This document shows positions 1 through 12,215 of a stretch of DNA of 64,000 nucleotides, in pieces (the stretch's first letter is position 1; the number at the start of each line of letters is the position of its first letter). The position numbers were made by a program, and so were the translations under genes. The stretch is from assembly GCF_009914755.1 (NCBI RefSeq), contig NC_060948.1. The stretch is one strand, 5' to 3'. A model generated the notes under the pieces. That model had not been told where the DNA came from. It worked only from the letters and a program-made list of their open reading frames with translations, and made no database searches. This stretch comes from the human T2T-CHM13v2.0 reference genome, Homo sapiens.

Positions 1-1535
1 GGAATGGAATAGAAAGGAATGGAATGAAATGGAATGGAAAGGATTCGAATGGAATGCAATCGAATGGAATGGAATCGAACGGAATGGAATAAAATGGAAG
101 AAAACTGGCAAGAAATGGAATCGAAATGAATGGAGTGTTATGGAACGGACTCAAAAGGAATTGAATGTAACAGAATGGAGTGGAGTGGACTCGAATATAA
201 TGGACTGGAATGGAATGAAATCACATGGAATGGGAACGAATGGAATGGAATGGAAAGGAATGGAATCGAATGGAAAGGAATCGAATGGAAGGGAATGAAA
301 TTGAATCAACAGGAATGGAAGGGAATAGAATAGACGGTAATGGAATGGACTCGAATAGAATGGACACGAATGCTCAAATTGAATGGACTCGAATGGAATG
401 GAAACGAAAGGAATGTCATCGAATGGAATTGAATCGATTGGAATGAAATCGCATAGAATGGAGTGGAATCAAATGGAATTGAATCGAAAGGAAAGGAAGC
501 GAATGGACTGAAATGAAATGGAATGGAATTGAATGGAAAGTAATGCAATGGAATAGAATGGAACGAAATTTCACGGAATGGAATCAAACTGAATGGAATC
601 AAATCAATGGAATCAAATCAAATGGAATGGAAAGGAATTGAATGGAGTAGATGGGATTGGATGGGATTGGAATGAAATGTACTGGAAAGGACTCGAATTT
701 CATGAAACGGAATGGAATGAATTGGAACGGAATGGACTCGAATGGAATGGAATGTCATGGGATGGCATCAAATGTAATGGCATCAAATGGAATGGAATCG
801 AATGCAATGGAATGCTATGGAATGGAATGGAATGCATTGGAATGGAATGTCCTCTAATGGAATGGATTCGAGTGGAATGGAATTGAATATAATGTAGTCG
901 AATGAAATGGAATTGAAAGGAATGGGATCGAATACAATGGAATATACTGGAATGTAACGTAATGAACTCGAATGTAATTGACTGGAATGGCATGTACATG
1001 AATGGAATGTAATCGAATGGAAAGTAATCCAATGGAATAGAATCTAATGCAATAAAATCGACTCAGATAGAGTAGAATGTAATGGAATGGAGTGCAGTGC
1101 AATGGAATGGAATGGAATGGAATGCAATGGAATGGAATGGAATGGAATGGAATGGAATGGAATGGAATGGGATGGAATGGTATGGAATGGATAGTAATGG
1201 ACTGGAGTGAAATGGACTGGAAAGGAATGGACTCAAATTGAAAGGTCTCGAAAGGAATGGAGTCAAATGGAATGGTCTGGAATGGAATGAACACGAATGT
1301 AATGCAACCCAATAGAATGGAATCGAATGGCATGGAATATAAAGAAATGGAATCGAAGAGAATGGAAACAAATGGAATGGAATTGAATGGAATGGAATTG
1401 AATGGAATGGGAACGAATGGAGTGAAATTGTATGCAGTAGAAGAGAATAGAATGGAATGCAAGCGAAAGGAAAGGAATGGATTGGAATGGAATGGAATTC
1501 ATTGGAATGGAAGGGAATGTAGTGTAATGGACAGG
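1..1535 (+). repeat. DYZ1: DYZ1 unit, partial (cut by window start)
   Basis: Sequence up to the first GG^CC at 1534-1537; homologous to the last ~1.5 kb of each complete unit. Confidence 0.9.
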
Positions 1536-1551
1536 CCTGGAATAAAGTGGA
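1398..1551 (+). other. Y1.1/Y1.2 DYZ1 sexing-PCR amplicon site (recurs once per unit)
   Basis: TTGAATGGAATGGGAACGAATGG at 1398-1420 and GGACAGGCCTGGAATAAAGTGGA (reverse complement of TCCACTTTATTCCAGGCCTGTCC) at 1529-1551 span 154 bp and contain the EcoRI site at 1495-1500. Primer identity is recalled from memory. Confidence 0.8.
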
Positions 1552-1908
1552 ATGCTACGGTCTCGAATGGAATAAAAATGTATGGAATGGAATGCAATGA
1601 AACGGAATCGAATGTCATAGAATGTAATGGAATGCAAAAACATGGAATCCAAAATCATTGACTGGAAAGGCTGGGTGTCGAAAGGAATTGACTCCAATGG
1701 AATGGAATCGAATGGAATGGAAGTGAATAGAATCGAACTAAATCGAATGGAATGGAATTGATAGGAACGGAATGGAAAGGAATGCAATGATTTGGCATGG
1801 AATGGAATCGAATGGCATCGAATGGAATGGAATGGAATGCAATGGAATGGAATGTATTAGAATGTAATGAACTTTAATGGAATGTACTCGAATGGATTCG
1901 ACTGGAAT

Positions 1909-1923
1909 GGAATGTTCTGGAAG
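1909..1923. promoter_or_regulatory. Perfect 3-pentamer heat-shock element HSE1 (gGAAtgTTCtgGAAg), present in all 18 copies
   Basis: Exact match to the HSF consensus nGAAnnTTCnnGAAn, 375 bp after each GGCC (e.g. also 62651-62665). Binding is not shown by sequence. Confidence 0.55.
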
Positions 1924-2188
1924 TGAATGGACTCCAATGGAATGGATTCAAAAGGAATGGAATCGTACGGAATGGAATCTAATGGAATGCAATTAAATGG
2001 AAATGAATCAAATTGAATAGCACGGAATTGAATTGAATGGAATGGAATGCAATGGAATCTAATGAAACGGAAAGGAAAGGAATGGAATGGAATGGAATGG
2101 GCTGGAATGGAAAGGAATCGAAACGAATGGAATGGAATCGAACTGAAGAGACTGGAATGGAATGCACTGGAATGGAAGGGAGTGTAAT

Positions 2189-2203
2189 GGAAGGTTCTCG
2201 AAA
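2189..2203. promoter_or_regulatory. Perfect 3-pentamer heat-shock element HSE2 (gGAAggTTCtcGAAa), present in all 18 copies
   Basis: Exact match to nGAAnnTTCnnGAAn, conserved in every unit inspected. Confidence 0.55.
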
Positions 2204-3229
2204 AAAATGGAATCGAATGGAATGGAATTGAATGGAACGGAGTAGAGTCGAATGGAATTGAATGGAATGGAATGGACTAGAGTGAAATGGAATCGAACCA
2301 CAAGGAATGGACAGGAATAGAATGGTCTCGAATTGAATGGAATCGTATGGAATGGCATCAAACGGAATGGAATGGACAGCCACGGAATGGAATGCACTCG
2401 AATGCAATGGAGTCGAAACTAACGGACTGGAATAGAATGGACTCGACTGGTACGGACTCCAATGGAATGGAATCGAATGGAAGGGATTCGAACGGAAGGG
2501 AATCGAACGGAATGGACTCGAAGGGAAAAGACTGCAATGGAAAGGTCTCGAATGGAATGGAAATTAATGGAATGGAATGGAATCGAATGAAATGGAGTCA
2601 AAAGGAATGGAATCGAATGGCAAGAAATCGAATGTAATGGAATCTCAAGGAATTGATGTGAACGGAACGGAATGGAATGGAATCCAAAGGAATGGAATAG
2701 AATGGAATGGAATCGAATGGAAAGGACTCGAATGGAAATCACTCGAATAGAATGCAATTTAATAAAATAGGATCAAATGTAATGGAATGGAATGGAAAGG
2801 AATAGAAACGAAAGGAATGGAGACAGATGGAATGGAATGGAACAGAGAGCAATGGTATAGAATGGAATGGAATCATCTGGAATGGAATTGAATGGAATGG
2901 AATAATATGAAATGGAATGGAATGGAATGGAATGGAATGCCCTTGAATTAAATGGACTGGAATGGAATGGACTCGAACAGAGTGGAATGGAAAGTGTTGA
3001 GATAGAATGGAATGGACTCCTTTGGAATGGTGTAGTATGCAATGCAATCGACTGGCAGGGAATCAAAAGGAATGTAATGGAATGGATTGGACTGGAATGC
3101 AATGGACTCGTATAGATTGGAAACGGAATGCAAAGGAATGGAATGGAATAGTATGGAATGGAATGGAAAGGAATGGAGTGGAATAGACTAGAGTGGAATG
3201 GAATGGACTGGAAAGCAATGGACTGGAAT

Positions 3230-3244
3230 GGAACTTTCTTGAAT
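3230..3244. promoter_or_regulatory. Heat-shock element HSE3 (gGAActTTCttGAAt), intact only in subfamily A units
   Basis: Exact consensus match here and near 6794, 10328, 13880, 17447 and 63947. The third pentamer is tGGAt in the 12 units between ~21 and ~60.4 kb. Confidence 0.5.
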
Positions 3245-5114
3245 GGACTGGAATCAAACGGAATGGAATGCAATGCAATCAAATGGCATGGAATAAAATA
3301 GAATGAAAGAGAATCAAATGGAATTGAATCGAATGGAATCGAATGGATTGGAAAGGAATAGAATGGAATGGAATGGAATTGACTCAAATGGAATGGACTA
3401 GAATGGAATGGATTCGAATGGAAGGCAAAGGAATGGAATCTATTGGAATGGACTGTAATGGAATGGAATGGAAGGGATTGGAATGGACTCGAATGGAATG
3501 GACTGCAATAGAAAGGATTCGAATGGAATGAAAAAGAATTGAATGGAATAGAACAGAGTGCAATCAAATCGAATGAAATGGAATGGAATAGAAAGGAATG
3601 GAATGAAATGGAATGGAAAGGATTCGAATGGAATGCAATCGAATGGAATGGAATCGAACGGAATGGAATAAAATGGAAGAAAACTGGCAAGAAATGGAAT
3701 CGAAATGAATGGAGTGTTATGGAACGGACTAAAAAGGAATTGAATGTAATAGAATGGAGTGGAGTGGACTCGAATATAATGGACTGGAATGGAATGAAAT
3801 CACATGGAATGGGAACGAATGGAATGGAATGGAAAGGAATGGAATCGAATGGAAAGGAATCGAATGGAAGGGAATGAAATTGAATCAACAGGAATGGAAG
3901 AGAATAGAATAGACGGTAATGGAATGGACTCGAATAGAATGGACACGAATGCTCAAATTGAATGGACTCGAATGGAATGGAAACGAAAGGAATGTCATCG
4001 AATGGAATTGAATCGATTGGAATGAAATCGCATAGAATGGAGTGGAATCAAATGGAATTGAATCGAAAGGAAAGGAAGCCAATGGACTGAAATGAAATGG
4101 AATGGAATTGAATGGAAAGTAATGCAATGGAATAGAATGGAACGAAATTTCACGGAATGGAATCAAACTGAATGGAATCAAATCAATGGAATCAAATCAA
4201 ATGGAATGGAAAGGAATTGAATGGAGTAGATTGGATTGGATGGGATTGGAATGAAATGTACTGGAAAGGACTCGAAATTCTTGAAACGGAATGGAATGAA
4301 TTGGAACGGAATGGACTCGAATGGAATGGAATGTCATGGAATGGCATCAAATGGAATGGCATCAAATGGAATGGAATCGAATGCAATGGAATGCTATGGA
4401 ATGGAATGGAATGCATTGGAATGGAATGTCCTCTAATGGAATGGATTCGAGTGGAATGGAATCGAATATAATGGAGTCGAATGAAATGGAATTGAAAGGA
4501 ATGGGATCGAATACAATGGAATATACTGGAACGTAATGTAATGAACTCGAATGTAATTGACTGGAATGGAATGTACATGAATGGAATGTAATCGAATGGA
4601 AAGTAATCCAATGGAATAGAATCTAATGCAATAAAATCGACCCAGATAGAGTAGAATGTAATGGAATGGAGTGCAGTGCAATGGAATGGAATGCAATGGA
4701 ATGCAATGGAATGGAATGGAATGGAATGGAATGGAATGGAATGGAATGGGATGGAATGGTATGGAATGGATAGTAATGGACTGGAATGAAATGGACTGGA
4801 AAAGAATGGACTCAAATTGAAAGGGCTCGAAAGGAATGGAGTCAAATGGAATGGTCTGGAATGGAATGAACACGAATGTAATGCAATCCAATAGAATGGA
4901 ATCGAATGGCATGGAATATAAAGAAATGGAATCGAAGAGAATGGAAACAAATGGAATGGAATTGAATGGAATGGAATTGAATGGAATGGGAACGAATGGA
5001 GTGAAATTGTATGCAGTAGAAGAGAATAGAATGGAATGCAAGCGAAAGGAAAGGAATGGATTGCAATGGAATGGAATTCATTGGAATGGAAGGGATTGTA
5101 GTGTAACGGACAGG

Positions 5115-8100
5115 CCTGGAATAAAGTGGAATGCTATGGTCTCGAATGGAATAAAAATGTATGGAATGGAATGCAATGAAACGGAATCGAATGTCATAGA
5201 ATGTAATGGAATGCAAAAAAATGGAATCCAAAATCATTGAATGGAAAGGCTGGGTGTCGAAAGGAATTGACTGCAATGGAATGGAATCGAATGGAATGGA
5301 AGTGAATAGAATCGAACTAAATCGAATGGAATGGAATTGATAGGAACGGAATGGAAAGGAATGCAATGATTTGGCATGGAATGGAATCGAATGGCATCGA
5401 ATGGAATGGAATGGAATGCAATGGAATGGAATGTATTAGAATGTAATGAACATTAATGGAATGTACTCGAATGGATTCGACTGGAATGGAATGTTCTGGA
5501 AGTGAATGGACTCCAATGGAATGGATTCGAAAGGAATGGAATTGAACGGAATGGAATCTAATTGAATGGAATTAAATGGAAATGAATCAAATTGAATAGC
5601 ACGGAATTGAATTGAATGGAATCGAATGCAATGGAATCTAATGAAACGGAAAGGAAAGGAATGCAATGGAATGGAATGGGCTGGAATGGAAAGGAATCGA
5701 AACGAATGGAATGGAATCGAACTGAAGAGACTGGAATGGAATGCACTGGAATGGAAGGGAGTGTAATGGAAGGTTCTCGAAAAAAATGGAATCGAATGGA
5801 ATGGAATTGAATGGAACGGAATAGAGTCGCATGGAATTGAATGGAATGGAATGGACTAGAGTGAAATGGAATCGAACCACAAGGAATGGACAGGAATAGA
5901 ATGGTCTCGAATTGAATGGAATCGTATGGAATGGCATCAAACGGAATGGAATGGACAGCCACGGAATGGAATGCACTCGAATGCAATGGAGTCGAAACTA
6001 ATGGACTGGAATAGAATGGACTCGACTGGTACGGACTCCAATGGAATGGAATCGAATGGAAGGGAATCGAACGGAATGGACTCGAAGGGAAAAGACTGCA
6101 ATGGAAAGGTCTCGAATGGAATGGAAATTAATGGAATGGAATGGAATCGAATGAAATGGAGTCAAAAGGAATGGAATCGAATGGCAAGAAATCGAATGTA
6201 ATGGAATCGCAAGGAATTGATGTGAACGGAACGGAATGGAATGGAATCCAAAGGAATGGAATAGAATGGAATGGAATCGAATGGAAAGGACTCGAATGGA
6301 AATCACTCGAATAGAATGCAATTTAATAAAATAGGATCAAATGTAATGGAATGGAATGGAAAGGAATCGAAACGAAAGGAATGGAGACAGATGGAATGGA
6401 ATGGAACAGAGAGCAATGGTATAGAATGGAATGGAATCATCTGGAATGGAATTGAATGGAATGGAATAATATGAAATGGAATGGAATGGAATGGAATGGA
6501 ATGCCCTTGAATTAAATGGACTGGAATGGAATGGACTCGAACAGAGTGGAATGGAAAGTGTTGAGATAGAATGGAATGGACTCCTTTGGAATGGTGTAGT
6601 ATGCAATGCAATCGACTGGCAGGGAATCAAAAGGAATGTAATCGAATGGATTGGACTGGAATGCAATGGACTCGAATAGATTGGAAACGGAATGCAAAGG
6701 AATGGAATGGAATAGTATGGAATGGAATGGAAAGGAATGGAGTGGAATAGACTAGAGTGGAATGGAATGGACTGGAAAGCAATGGACTGGAATGGAACTT
6801 TCTTGAATGGACTGGAATCAAACGGAATGGAATGCAATGCAATCAAATGGCATGGAATAAAATAGAATGTAAGAGAATCAAATGGAATTGAATCGAATGG
6901 AATCGAATGGATTGGAAAGGGATAGAATGGAATGGAATGGAATTGACTCAAATGGAATGGACTAGAATGGAATGGATTCGAATGGAAGGCAAAGGAATGG
7001 AATCTATTGGAATGGACTGTAATGGAATGGAATGGAAGGGATTGGAATGGACTCGAATGGAATGGACTGCAATAGAAAGGATTCGAATGGAATGAAAAAG
7101 AATTGAATGGAATAGAACAGAATGGAATCAAATCGAATGAAATGTAATGGAATAGAAAGGAATGGAATGAAATGGAATGGAAAGGATTCGAATGGAATGC
7201 AATCGAATGGAATGGAATCGAACGGAATGGAATAAAATGGAAGAAAACTGGCAAGAAATGGAATCGAAATGAATGGAGTGTTATGGAACGGACTCAAAAG
7301 GAATTGAATGTAATAGAATGGAGTGGAGTGGACTCGAATATAATGGACTGGAATGGAATGAAATCACATGGAATGGGAACGAATGGAATGGAATGGAAAG
7401 GAATGGAATCGAATGGAAAGGAATCGAATGGAAGGGAATGAAATTGAATCAACAGGAATTGAAGGGAATAGAATAGACGGTAATGGAATGGACTCGAATA
7501 GAGTGGACACGAATGCTCAAATTGAATGGACTCGAATGGAATGGAAATGAAAAGAATGTCATCGAATGGAATTGAATCGATTGGAATGAAATCGCATAGA
7601 ATGGAGTGGAATCAAATGGAATTGAATCGAAAGGAAAGGAAGCGAATGGACTGAAATGAAATGGAATGGAATTGAATGGAAAGTAATGCAATGGAATAGA
7701 ATGGAACGAAATTTCACGGTATGGAATCAAACTGAATGGAATCAAATCAATGGAATCAAATCAAATGGAATGGAAAGGAATTGAATGGAGTAGATGGGAT
7801 TGGATGGGATTGGAATGAAATGAACTGGAAAGGACTCGAATTTCATGAAACGGAATGGAATGAATTGGAACGGAACGGACTCGAATGGAATGGAATGTCA
7901 TGGAATGGCATCAAATGGAATGGCATCAAATGAAATGGAATCGAATGCAATGGAATGCTATGGAATGGAATGGAATGCATTGGAATGGAATGTCCTCTAA
8001 TGGAATGGATTCGAGTGGAATGGAATCGAATATAATGGAGTCGAATGAAATGGAATTGAAAGGAATGGGACCGAATACAATGGAATATACTGGAATGTAA

Positions 8101-8663
8101 TGTAATGAACTCGAATGTAATTGACTGGAATGGAATGTACATGAATGGAATGTAATCGAATGGAAAGTAATCCAATGGAATAGAATCTATTGCAATAAAA
8201 TCGACTCAAATAGAGTATAATGTAATGGAATGGAGTGCAGTGCAATGGAATGGAATGGAATGGAATGCAATGGAATGGAATGGAATGGAATGGAATGGGA
8301 TGGAATGGGATGGAATGGATAGTAATGGACTGGAGTGAAATGGACTGGAAAGGAATGGACTCAAATTGAAAGGGCTCGAAAGGAATGGAGACAAATGGAA
8401 TGGTCTGGAATGGAATGAACACGAATGTAATGCAATCCAATAGAATGGAGTCGAACGGCATGGAATATAAAGAAATGGAATCGAAGAGAATGGAAACAAA
8501 TGGAATGGAATTGAATGGAATGGAATTGAATGGAATGGGAACGAATGGAGTGAAATTGTATGCAGTAGAAGGGAATAGAATGGAATGCAAGCGAAAGGAA
8601 AGGAATGGATTGGAATGGAATGGAATTCATTGGAATGGAAGGGAATGTAGTGTAATGGACAGG
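5115..8663 (+). repeat. DYZ1: DYZ1 unit 2 (3549 bp), subfamily A
   Basis: GGCC 5113 to 8662; lacks the 15-bp duplication and has a short (GGAAT)5 tract. Confidence 0.92.
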
Positions 8664-11600
8664 CCTGGAATAAAGTGGAATGCTACGGTCTCGAATGGAA
8701 TAAAAATGTATGGAATGGAATGCAATGAAACGGAATCGAATGTCATAGAATGTAATGGAATGCAAAAAAATGGAATCCAAAATCATTGACTGGAAAGGCT
8801 AGGTGTCGAAAGGAATTGACTCCAATGGAATGGAATCGAATGGAATGGAAGTGAATAGAATCGAACTAAATCGAATGGAATGGAATTGATAGGAACGGAA
8901 TGGAAAGGAATGCAATGATTTGGCATGGAATGGAATCGAATGGCATCGAATGGAATGGAATGGAATGCAATGGAATGGAATGTATTAGAATGTAATGAAC
9001 TTTAATGGAATGTACTCGAATGGATTCGACTGGAATGGAATGTTCTGGAAGTGAATGGACTCCAATGGAATGGATTCAAAAGGAATGGAATCGTACGGAA
9101 TGGAATTAAATGGAAATGAATCAAATTGAATAGCACGGAATTGAATTGAATGGAATGGAATGCAATGGAATCTAATGAAACGGAAAGGAAAGGAATGGAA
9201 TGGAATGGAATGGGCTGGAATGGAAAGGAATCGAAACGAATGGAATGGAATCGAACTGAAGAGACTGGAATGGAATGCACTGGAATGGAAGGGAGTGTAA
9301 TGGAAGGTTCTCGAAAAAAATGGAATCGAATGGAATGGAATTGAATGGAACGGAATAGAGTCGAATGGAATTGAATGGAATGGAATGGACTAGATTGAAA
9401 TGGAATCGAACCACAAGGAATGGACAGGAATAGAATGGTCTCGAATTGAATGGAATCGTATGGAATGGCATCAAACGGAATGGAATGGACAGCCACGGAA
9501 TGGAATGCACTCGAATGCAATGGAGTCGAAACTAATGGACTGGAATAGAATGGACTCGACTGGTACGGACTCCAATGGAATGGAATCGAATGGAAGGGAA
9601 TCGAACGGAATGGACTCGAAGGGAAAAGACTGCAATGGAAAGGTCTCGAATGGAATGGAAATTAATGGAATGGAATGGAATCGAATGAAATGGAGTCAAA
9701 AGGAATGGAATCGAATGGCAAGAAATCGAATGTAATGGAATCGCAAGGAATTGATGTGAACGGAACGGAATGGAATGGAATCCAAAGGAATGGAATAGAA
9801 TGGAATGGAATCGAATGGAAAGGACTCGAATGGAAATCACTCGAATAGAATGCAATTTAATAAAATAGGATCAAATGTAATGGAATGGAATGGAAAGGAA
9901 TCGAAACGAAAGGAATGGAGACAGATGGAATGGAATGGAACAGAGAGCAATGGTATAGAATGGAATGGAATCATCTGGAATGGAATTGAATGGAATGGAA
10001 TAATATGAAATGGAATGGAATGGAATGGAATGGAATGCCCTTGAATTAAATGGACTGGAATGGAATGGACTCGAACAGAGTGGAATGGAAAGTTTTGAGA
10101 TACAATGGAATGGACTCCTTTGGAATGGTCTAGTATGCAATGCAATCGACTGGCAGGGAATCAAAAGGAATGTAATCGAATGGATTGGACTGGAATGCAA
10201 TGGACTCGAATAGATTGGAAACGGAATGCAAAGGTATGGAGTGGAATAGTATGGAATGGAATGGAAAGGAATGGAGTGGAATAGACTAGAGTGGAATGGA
10301 ATGGACTGGAAAGCAATGGACTGGAATGGAACTTTCTTGAATGGACTGGAATGAAACGGAATGGAATGCAATGCAATCAAATGGCATGGAATAAAATAGA
10401 ATGAAAGAGAATCAAATGGAATTGAATCGAATGGAATCGAATGGATTGGAAAGGAATAGAATGGAATGGAATGGAATTCACTCAAATGGAATGGACTAGA
10501 ATGGAATGGATTCGAATGGAAGGCAAAGGAATGGAATCTTGGAATGGACTGTAATGGAATGGAATGGAAGGGATTGGAATGGACTCGAATGGAATGGACT
10601 GCAATAGAAAGGATTCGAATGGAATGAAAAAGAATTGAATGGAATAGAACAGAAAGGAATCAAATCGAATGAAATGGAATGGAATAGAAAGGAATGGAAT
10701 GAAATGGAATGGAAAGGATTCGAATGGAATGCAATCGAGTGGAATGGAATCGAACGGAATGGAATAAAATGGAAGAAAACTGGCAAGAAATGGAATCGAA
10801 ATGAATGGAGTGTTATGGAACGGACTCAAAAGGAATTGAATGTAATAGAATGGAGTGGAGTGGACTCGAATATAATGGACTGGAATGGAATGAAATCACA
10901 TGGAATGGGAACGAATGGAATGGAATGGAAAGGAATGGAATCGAATGGAAAGGAATCGAATGGAAGGGAATGAAATTGAATCAACAGGAATGGAAGGGAA
11001 TAGAATAGACGGTAATGGAATGGACTCGAATAGAATGGACACGAATGCTCAAATTGAATGGACTCGAATGGAATGGAAACGAAAGGAATGTCATCGAATG
11101 GAATTGAATCGATTGGAATGAAATCGCATAGAATGGAGTGGAATCAAATGGAATTGAATCGAAAGGAAAGGAAGCGAATGGACTGAAATGAAATGGAATG
11201 GAATTGAATGGAAAGTAATGCAATGGAATAGAATGGAACGAAATTTCACGGAATGGAATCAAACTGAATGGAATCAAATCAATGGAATCAAATCAAATGG
11301 AATGGAAAGGAATTGAATGGAGTAGATTGGATTGGATGGGATTGGAATGAAATGTACTGGAAAGGACTCGAATTTCATGAAACGGAATGGAATGAATTGG
11401 AACGGCATGGACTCGAATGGAATGGAATGTCATGGAATGGCATCAAATGGAATGGCATCAAATGGAATGGAATCGAATGCAATGGAATGCTATGGAATGG
11501 AATGGAATGCATTGGAATGGAATGTCCTCTAATGGAATGGATTCGAGTGGAATGGAATCGAATATAATGGAGTCGAATGAAATGGAATTGAAAGGAGTGG

Positions 11601-12215
11601 GATCGAATACAATGGAATATACTGGAATGTAATGTAATGAACTCGAATGTAATTGACTGGAATGGAATGTACATGAATGGAATGTAATCGAATGGAAAGT
11701 AATCCAATGGAATAGAATCTAATGCAATAAAACCGACTCAGATAGAGTAGAATGTAATGGAATGGAGTGCAGTGCAATGGAATGGAATGGAATGGAATGC
11801 AATGGAATGGAATGGAATGGAATGGAATGGAATGGAATGGAATGGGATGGGATGGAATGGTATGGAATGGATAGTAATGGACTGGAGTGAAATGGACTGG
11901 AAAGGAATGGACTCAAATTGAAAGGGCTCGAAAGGAATGGAGTCAAATGGAATGGTCTGGAATGGAATGAACACGAATGTAATGCAATCCAATAGAATGG
12001 AATCGAATGGCATGGAATATAAAGAAATGGAATCGAAGAGAATGGAAACAAATGGAATGGAATTGAATGGAATGGAATTGAATGGAATGGGAACGAATGG
12101 AGTGAAATTGTATGCAGTAGAAGGGAATAGAATGGAATGCAAGCGAAAGGAAAGGAATGGATTGGAATGGAATGGAATTCATTGGAATGGAAGGGAATGT
12201 AGTGTAATGGACAGG
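8664..12215 (+). repeat. DYZ1: DYZ1 unit 3 (3552 bp), A' triplet
   Basis: GGCC 8662 to 12214; carries the 15-bp deletion (~9100) and 2-bp deletion (~10539). Confidence 0.92.

Larger units (their letters stand above)
1536..5114 (+). repeat. DYZ1: DYZ1 unit 1 (3579 bp), subfamily A
   Basis: GGCC 1534 to GGCC 5113; A alleles actcgaacag, gtgttgagat, tttcttgaat. Confidence 0.92.

Noticed and set aside
651-670. gggattggatgggattgg as a G-quadruplex
   Set aside because: There are only two G3 runs plus G2 runs, which does not meet the canonical G4 pattern.
694-708. cgaatttcatgaaac as a fourth HSE
   Set aside because: The GAA-TTC spacing is 1 bp rather than 2, so only a two-pentamer TTCnnGAA remains.
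2756-2770. AT-rich spot containing AATAAA (aatttaataaaatag), plus other AATAAA hexamers, as polyadenylation signals
   Set aside because: AATAAA arises readily from GGAAT decay, there is no GU-rich downstream element, and there is no transcript evidence.
2773-3888. Longest ORF (371 aa, - strand, FHSIP-rich)
   Set aside because: It is the translation of (ATTCC)n. Its length varies from 169 to 371 aa among units through random stops and indels, and it has no recognisable domain.
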